NCBI GenBank assembly: GCA_011605835.1
Contig: JAAOZJ010000130.1
Span: forward strand, 1-35,643
DNA: 35,643 bases
Reading direction: 5' to 3'
Origin: Thermoproteota archaeon
GTDB taxonomy: Archaea; Thermoproteota; Methanomethylicia; Nezhaarchaeales; WYZ-LMO8
The notes beneath the pieces are model-generated. The model ran no database searches and was not told the DNA's origin. It worked only from the letters and a program-made list of their open reading frames with translations. This document shows, piece after piece, positions 31,401 to 35,643 of the stretch. Each line of letters starts with the position of its first letter. Positions within the stretch are counted from its first letter, which is position 1. The position numbers and the translations under genes are program-made.

Positions 31401-31733
31401 ATGAAGCGCATGGTTGACCTTCTGAGAAGCGGAGCGACGATGCTCGCCGACGTATGTCCAATATGCAACTCCCCTCTTTTTAAATTGAAGAGCGGCGACG
31501 TGTACTGCCCAGGGTGCGAGAAGAGGGTCGTTTTCGTAAAGGAGGGGGAGGACGTAGCTAAGACTATGCAAATACAGGTCATAGGCGAGCTAACGTCGAC
31601 TGCGAGCCAGAAGCTCATGGAGCTCACGAACATGGCCAAGTACGAGAGTGACGTGGACAGGCTCTACGAGCTCGGCCGTTGCGTGCTCACGTGGCTCGAG
31701 ATATTCGAGAGGGTCAGGAAGCTCCAGGCTTAG
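31401..31733 (+). CDS. UPF0148 / Sjogren-scleroderma autoantigen-1 (p27) family zinc-ribbon protein
   Basis: MKRMVDLLRSGATMLADVCPICNSPLFKLKSGDVYCPGCEKRVVFV. GTG 31371 is an alternative start. The gene is adjacent to UPF0147, as in many archaea. Confidence 0.7.
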   Translation: MKRMVDLLRSGATMLADVCPICNSPLFKLKSGDVYCPGCEKRVVFVKEGEDVAKTMQIQVIGELTSTASQKLMELTNMAKYESDVDRLYELGRCVLTWLEIFERVRKLQA

Positions 31734-32983
31734 CCCGAGGCCCTCTTCAGCTTCAACGCCTCGACTGCCTCGCGCAAGAGTACTCGAGCCAAGGCCCTCT
31801 TGGTCAGCCTGCCAGTCGCGAACGTTCTGACCCTGGTTATGATGACGCCTTCGTTGAAGTCTGAGCCGAAGCCTATGTCGCGCCTCGAGACGTCGTTGGC
31901 AACTATTATGTCGAAGCCGTGTTCCTCCATCCTCGCCCTCGCCCTCTTCACGTGCTCCTCGAGGGGGATGCCGTGCTCAGCCTTGAAGCCCACTAGGACG
32001 GCTCTTGGCGCCCTCTCTCTCAGGGCCTTCGATATCTTGGGTGTAGGCTTTAAGGTGACTCTCAGGGTAGTGTCCGAGCTCACCTTGTCGCTATAGCTCT
32101 CTTCGAAGTAGAAGTCCGAGGGCGCCGCCGCCAGCACTATTATTTGGGGGCCCTCCCTGTCAACGACGTCTAGACATGCGTCCAGCATATCCCTCGTGGA
32201 GGTGACGCCCTTGAAGCGCACGCCCTTGGGCGGCTTGAGGTTCGTGGGGCCCGATACCAAGAACGTCTCAGCGCCATTGTTGGCGCACACAGAGGCTATG
32301 GCGTAGCCCATCTTGCCCGAGCTGGCATTGCTGAGAAACCTCACGGGGTCCAAGTGCTCGCGCGTCGGCCCTGCTGTCACGAGGACCTTTAAGCCCCTTA
32401 ACCCGACCACGGGGTTCAGAGAGTCCTCCACGACGTCGGCTATCTCCTCCACAGAGGCCATCCTCAGCCTACCCTCATCGAAGTCCGGGTCAACCACTAC
32501 TACCCCCATCTTCCTCAGTCTCTCGAGCCCCTCTTTAACCACGGGCGAGAAGTACATGTCTGAGTGCATGGCTGGGGCCACTACTATCGGCTTCTTAGAG
32601 CCCAAGGCCGTCACCAAAACGTCCATTACCACGTTATCAGAGATCCCGTTGGCGAGCTTGCATATGGTGTTGGCAGTCGCGGGCGCCACAACCACGGCGT
32701 GGGCCCAACCACTCCCGCTAGCGATGGCTATATGCTCAGTCCTCCCGGTGCCCTTTACTATCGGCTTCTGGCCAGAGGCCCAGTACATCATGGTCGGGGT
32801 CACGAACCTCAAGGAGGCGGGGGTGGCGACGAACCTTACGCTCGCCCCTCTCCTTATCAGCTCTCGAGCTAAGTCCAAGGCCCTATAGGAGGCGACGCTA
32901 CCTGTGACGCAGAGCGCTACGTTGAAGCCCTTTAAGTCCTCGCTCTTCGAGCACCTTATCTCGTCGACCGGGTGTGGAAGCAA
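31730..32983 (-). CDS. coaBC: Bifunctional phosphopantothenoylcysteine decarboxylase / phosphopantothenate-cysteine ligase
   Basis: The N-terminal flavoprotein domain is NVALCVTGSVASYRALDLARELIRRGASV...PATANTICKLANGISDN. The C-terminal DFP domain is VTAGPTREHLDPVRFLSNASSGKMG. Confidence 0.85.
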   Translation of the reverse strand: MLPHPVDEIRCSKSEDLKGFNVALCVTGSVASYRALDLARELIRRGASVRFVATPASLRFVTPTMMYWASGQKPIVKGTGRTEHIAIASGSGWAHAVVVAPATANTICKLANGISDNVVMDVLVTALGSKKPIVVAPAMHSDMYFSPVVKEGLERLRKMGVVVVDPDFDEGRLRMASVEEIADVVEDSLNPVVGLRGLKVLVTAGPTREHLDPVRFLSNASSGKMGYAIASVCANNGAETFLVSGPTNLKPPKGVRFKGVTSTRDMLDACLDVVDREGPQIIVLAAAPSDFYFEESYSDKVSSDTTLRVTLKPTPKISKALRERAPRAVLVGFKAEHGIPLEEHVKRARARMEEHGFDIIVANDVSRRDIGFGSDFNEGVIITRVRTFATGRLTKRALARVLLREAVEALKLKRASG

Positions 32984-33015
32984 GGGACCTCTGAGCTAAA
33001 GCCTTCCCAAGCCCC

Positions 33016-33035
33016 TTTAAATAACCTTTTTAAAT
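33016..33035. promoter_or_regulatory. Twin TATA-like boxes in the coaBC / tpiA divergent spacer
   Basis: TTTAAATAA (33016-33024) and TTTTTAAAT (33027-33035). The second lies ~25 nt upstream of ATG 33058, so tpiA is probably leaderless. The first, read on the minus strand, lies ~33-41 nt upstream of ATG 32983. Confidence 0.5.
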
Positions 33036-33057
33036 GATCCCAGGGCTCGGTATTGAT

Positions 33058-33768
33058 ATGAAAGAGCTCGAGCCTCCTCTCATCATAGTGAACTTCAAGA
33101 CCTATCTGGAGGCGACCGGTCGGAGGGCCCTGGAGCTGGCGAGGAAGTGCGAGAAAGTAGCAAGCGAGCTTGGAGTCAGCGTTGCGGTGGCTCCCCAAGC
33201 AGTCGACATCGCTGCGGTGGCCTCCTCGGTCTCGATCCCTGTCTTGGCACAACACGTCGACCCCTACCCGCCTGGGGCCTACACCGGGAGCATATCGATC
33301 GAGGCAGTCAAGGAAGCCGGGGCCGTGGGGACCCTGGTCAATCACTCAGAGAAGAGGCTACGGATAGACGAGATAGACGAAGTCGTCAAGAGGGCTAGGG
33401 ACGCGGGCCTAGAGGTCGTCGTGTGCGCGAACACACCCGAGGTAGCGGCCTCTCTCTCCGCCCTGAGGCCTAGGTTCATAGCCATAGAGCCCCCGGAGCT
33501 CATCGGCACCGGGAAGGCCGTCTCCAAGACCAGGCCGGAGGTGATAACTGACACGATAAAGCTAATCAGGCAAGTGAACCCCGAGGTCATCGTCATATGC
33601 GGTGCGGGGATAACGAGTGGCGAGGACGTGGAGGCCGCGCTCAATCTTGGGGCCCAAGGAATCTTGGTAGCCTCTGGCGTGGTCAAGGCCAAAGACCAAG
33701 AAGGGGCCTTGAGGGACTTGGTCAACGGGCTCGTGAGGGGGGCTAGGTTTAGATTTCGGGGCGTTTAA
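33058..33768 (+). CDS. tpiA: Triosephosphate isomerase (archaeal short type)
   Basis: MKELEPPLIIVNFKTY...LVNHSEKRL...IAIEPPELIGTG...ICGAGI. The catalytic K, H and E contexts are conserved. Confidence 0.9.
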   Translation: MKELEPPLIIVNFKTYLEATGRRALELARKCEKVASELGVSVAVAPQAVDIAAVASSVSIPVLAQHVDPYPPGAYTGSISIEAVKEAGAVGTLVNHSEKRLRIDEIDEVVKRARDAGLEVVVCANTPEVAASLSALRPRFIAIEPPELIGTGKAVSKTRPEVITDTIKLIRQVNPEVIVICGAGITSGEDVEAALNLGAQGILVASGVVKAKDQEGALRDLVNGLVRGARFRFRGV

Positions 33769-34204
33769 GGGCCATCCTCCTAATCCTCTCTATGGCGCCG
33801 TAGAGGGGCTCAGCGGGCTTCACGAGCCTGTAGCTCAGAGGGGGCCTGAAGTTCGGGATCTCTTCCCTCAGGGCTCGCAACGCCACCTTGACCTCGTACT
33901 CCACCGGGTCCAAGACCTCTATCGCCATCGGCTTCCTCCTGCCGACTAAGTAGCCCCAGTCCTCCTCATCGACCCCCGGATCCTCAAGGCTCTCCACGAA
34001 CCTCTTAATCTCATCGACCCCGAAGACTATCCTCCCAGCCCTGAACTCCCCGCCTATGGCTTGAACTGGAGAGCTCAAGTAGAGGACAACCACGTCGCCT
34101 GAAGCTATCTCGCCCACAAAGCCCCTGAGCTCGACCTTCTTGCGGCCCCTCAATATCTCCAGGCCGTACTTGGGCTTGATACTCATCAACGCTAGCCTCT
34201 CCAC
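33749..34204 (-). CDS. ASCH/PUA-like domain protein
   Basis: LMSIKPKYGLEILRGRKKVELRG...GDVVVLYLSSPVQAIGGEF resembles the ASCH N-terminal beta-barrel pattern. It overlaps the tpiA 3' end by 20 nt (convergent). Confidence 0.55.
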   Translation of the reverse strand: MERLALMSIKPKYGLEILRGRKKVELRGFVGEIASGDVVVLYLSSPVQAIGGEFRAGRIVFGVDEIKRFVESLEDPGVDEEDWGYLVGRRKPMAIEVLDPVEYEVKVALRALREEIPNFRPPLSYRLVKPAEPLYGAIERIRRMALKRPEI

Positions 34205-34251
34205 GGCTCGCCCAAGAAAGAGGCTTAAAGGAGGGGCCAGTTAAAATTAAG

Positions 34252-34326
34252 GGGCCCGTAGCTCAGCCAGGATAGAGCAACGGCCTTCGGAGCCGGAGGT
34301 CGGGGGTTCAAATCCCCCCGGGCCCG
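34252..34326 (+). tRNA. tRNA-Arg (anticodon UCG), intron-less
   Basis: GGGCCCG-TA-GCTC-AGCCAGGATA-GAGC-A-ACGGC-CT-TCG-GA-GCCGG-AGGTC-GGGGG-TTCAAAT-CCCCC-CGGGCCC-G. The acceptor stem and discriminator are the same as in the GCG isoacceptor. There is one A-G mismatch at 27:43. No CCA is encoded. Confidence 0.85.
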
Positions 34327-34423
34327 TCTTCTACATTGTCATCTAATGTAGAACGAGCAAATGATGTGGATAATCGTGAAGGCCAAGACTCTCTCTCTTT
34401 GCGTCCTCTACAGTTGTGCTAAG

Positions 34424-34761
34424 GGTTTCTCTAAGGCAATCACTTTAATCAGCTCTGAACAGTTTTGAACGTTCACAACTCGATCGCCTTGGGGTTCCTC
34501 GCATCGGTCGGGTTCTCACCCTCTCACATGCGAGGCCATCAGGGCTCCACGTAACCCCAAAGCCCCTCACACGCCTTCAGCCTTTTACTCCTGCCCTCTC
34601 TTTGGCTCGGGGCAATAGTCATCGATTCTGCGGTTGCGCGTCCCTCATCGCTCTCACGAGCTCACGGGCGTGGTTCAAGTGGTGAGCGGCTAGCAAGTGT
34701 TGCGTTGGGCGGAGGTGGTCTCCACGTCTTTGCAACTATTTACAAAGACGCTTTATCTAAA
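34424..34761. repeat. Non-coding repeat element, copy B (homologous to 12106-12470)
   Basis: It has the same ordered cores as copy A, for example CTCCACGTAACCC at 34545-34557 and CCACGTCTTTGCA at 34722-34734. The ORF track shows no ORF of 60 aa or more on either strand across 34424-34696. Confidence 0.7.
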
Positions 34762-35643
34762 AGCTACAACGGCTCTCCTCACAGCTTCTCTGTGCAACGG
34801 CGTTTGCCAAGCAACGTCCTTCCCGATCCCCAGCTCCAGGTCCTTCTCAGGTGGGGGCTCGTCGATCCAGAACCAAGGGTCCCTGTCGTATATGTTGTAC
34901 ACTATGAGGTTCTTAGCGATGAGCTCTTCTCTGAGGCCATCCGGGAAGTCCTCTTCCCATAGGCTTTGAGGATCCTCAACTACCCTCTTCAAGTAAGAGC
35001 TCCACTTTTTAATGAAGTCCTTCGTCAATTCCTTTGCCCTCACGAGCTCTGCCACGACCGCGTCCGCCTTCCACTTGGCCTCGTAAAGCTTCGCGAGCAT
35101 CTCGGGGTTACCGCCTGTGAGCCTCCACGCCTCCTCGAAGTCGGGCTTAGGCCCGGGCAACTTCTCGTACAGTTCCTCGAACCCCTTCTTACTCATGTTC
35201 CACATGGGCCTAATGGTCGCCCACCTGTGCCTGCCTATCTCCCTCCTTGACAGGCCCTCACTCGTGGCGGCTATCGCCACTATCCTCTCATAACCCTCAG
35301 GAGGATATTCCACTAGACCTAGCAGGGCCTTAACGTACATGGCAGCCTTGTCCGGCCCTATGGCTTGAAAGGCGTCGTCGACCAAGACCGCGACCTTCCC
35401 CCTCCTCCACTTGCTCACCAGCCACTTGACCGCGTCTATCGCCAGCGTCGCTAGCTTCAGCTGAGCCACCCCGATGGCCTCGGAGGTCGCCTCAGCGAAC
35501 TTCTCGACGAGTTCCCTGACGTCCGTGCGAACGACGAAGTCCCTCCGCATCGGATCCACGTAGATCGCCTCATAGCCCATCTCCCTCAAAGTCTCGGTCG
35601 CCTGCTTGAGCCATGCTGTCTTACCGCAGCCCTCGGGCCCGAA
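34753..35643 (-). CDS. Archaeal-type ATPase (PF01637-like P-loop NTPase), 5' end beyond the right edge
   Basis: The reading frame stays open upstream of the ORF-track start to the window edge. It reads FGPEGCGKTAWLKQATETLREMGYEAIYVD (Walker A GxxGxGKT), followed by VLVDDAF (Walker B-like). Confidence 0.7.
   Translation of the reverse strand, partial: FGPEGCGKTAWLKQATETLREMGYEAIYVDPMRRDFVVRTDVRELVEKFAEATSEAIGVAQLKLATLAIDAVKWLVSKWRRGKVAVLVDDAFQAIGPDKAAMYVKALLGLVEYPPEGYERIVAIAATSEGLSRREIGRHRWATIRPMWNMSKKGFEELYEKLPGPKPDFEEAWRLTGGNPEMLAKLYEAKWKADAVVAELVRAKELTKDFIKKWSSYLKRVVEDPQSLWEEDFPDGLREELIAKNLIVYNIYDRDPWFWIDEPPPEKDLELGIGKDVAWQTPLHREAVRRAVVAFR

Overview
GC-rich, very gene-dense archaeal chromosomal segment with about 50 genes. 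Many gene junctions overlap by 1-20 nt, and A/T-rich TATA-like boxes sit roughly 25-45 nt upstream of starts. The lineage is probably a hyperthermophilic TACK/crenarchaeote. This rests on an eS26 gene, a PolB1-like family-B polymerase, and GC-clamped tRNA genes with BHB-type introns, one at a non-canonical D-loop site. Thermofilum/Thermoproteales-like is only a guess. Left to right the window holds: the 5' end of a NuoL/MrpA-like gene; an endonuclease-Q-like PHP protein; a 10-gene overlapped operon for a membrane-bound group-4 [NiFe] hydrogenase in complex-I-like gene order; ProRS; eS26; a PfkB kinase; an unlisted 54-aa Zn-ribbon ORF; an A24 prepilin/preflagellin peptidase; a LeuB-type dehydrogenase; DUF4392-like and DUF123/GIY-YIG-like genes; a candidate C/D box sRNA; an acidic-tail protein; PolB with a translationally coupled 70-aa Cys/His protein; tRNA-Arg(GCG, intron); ArgRS; two CMD/AhpD-like paralogues; an FmdE-like gene coupled to a FecB/FecCD/FepC-type ABC importer; VapBC; a frameshifted HEPN plus MNT; tRNA-Glu(UUC, D-loop intron); PAC2; Hsp20; FAU-1; UPF0147; UPF0148; CoaBC; TpiA; ASCH; tRNA-Arg(UCG); and a partial archaeal-type ATPase. 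I saw no rRNA, CRISPR array, integrase or transposase. The most unusual signal is a ~340-365 nt non-coding element that I cannot assign to any known RNA or mobile-element family. It occurs as two diverged full-length copies (12106-12470 and 34424-34761), each filling a convergent intergenic spacer. A partial third copy lies at about 22643-22715. Secondary points are the hydrogenase architecture, possible PolB accessory subunits, a C/D sRNA with compensatory box variants, and alternative helices near 19.3-19.4 kb.
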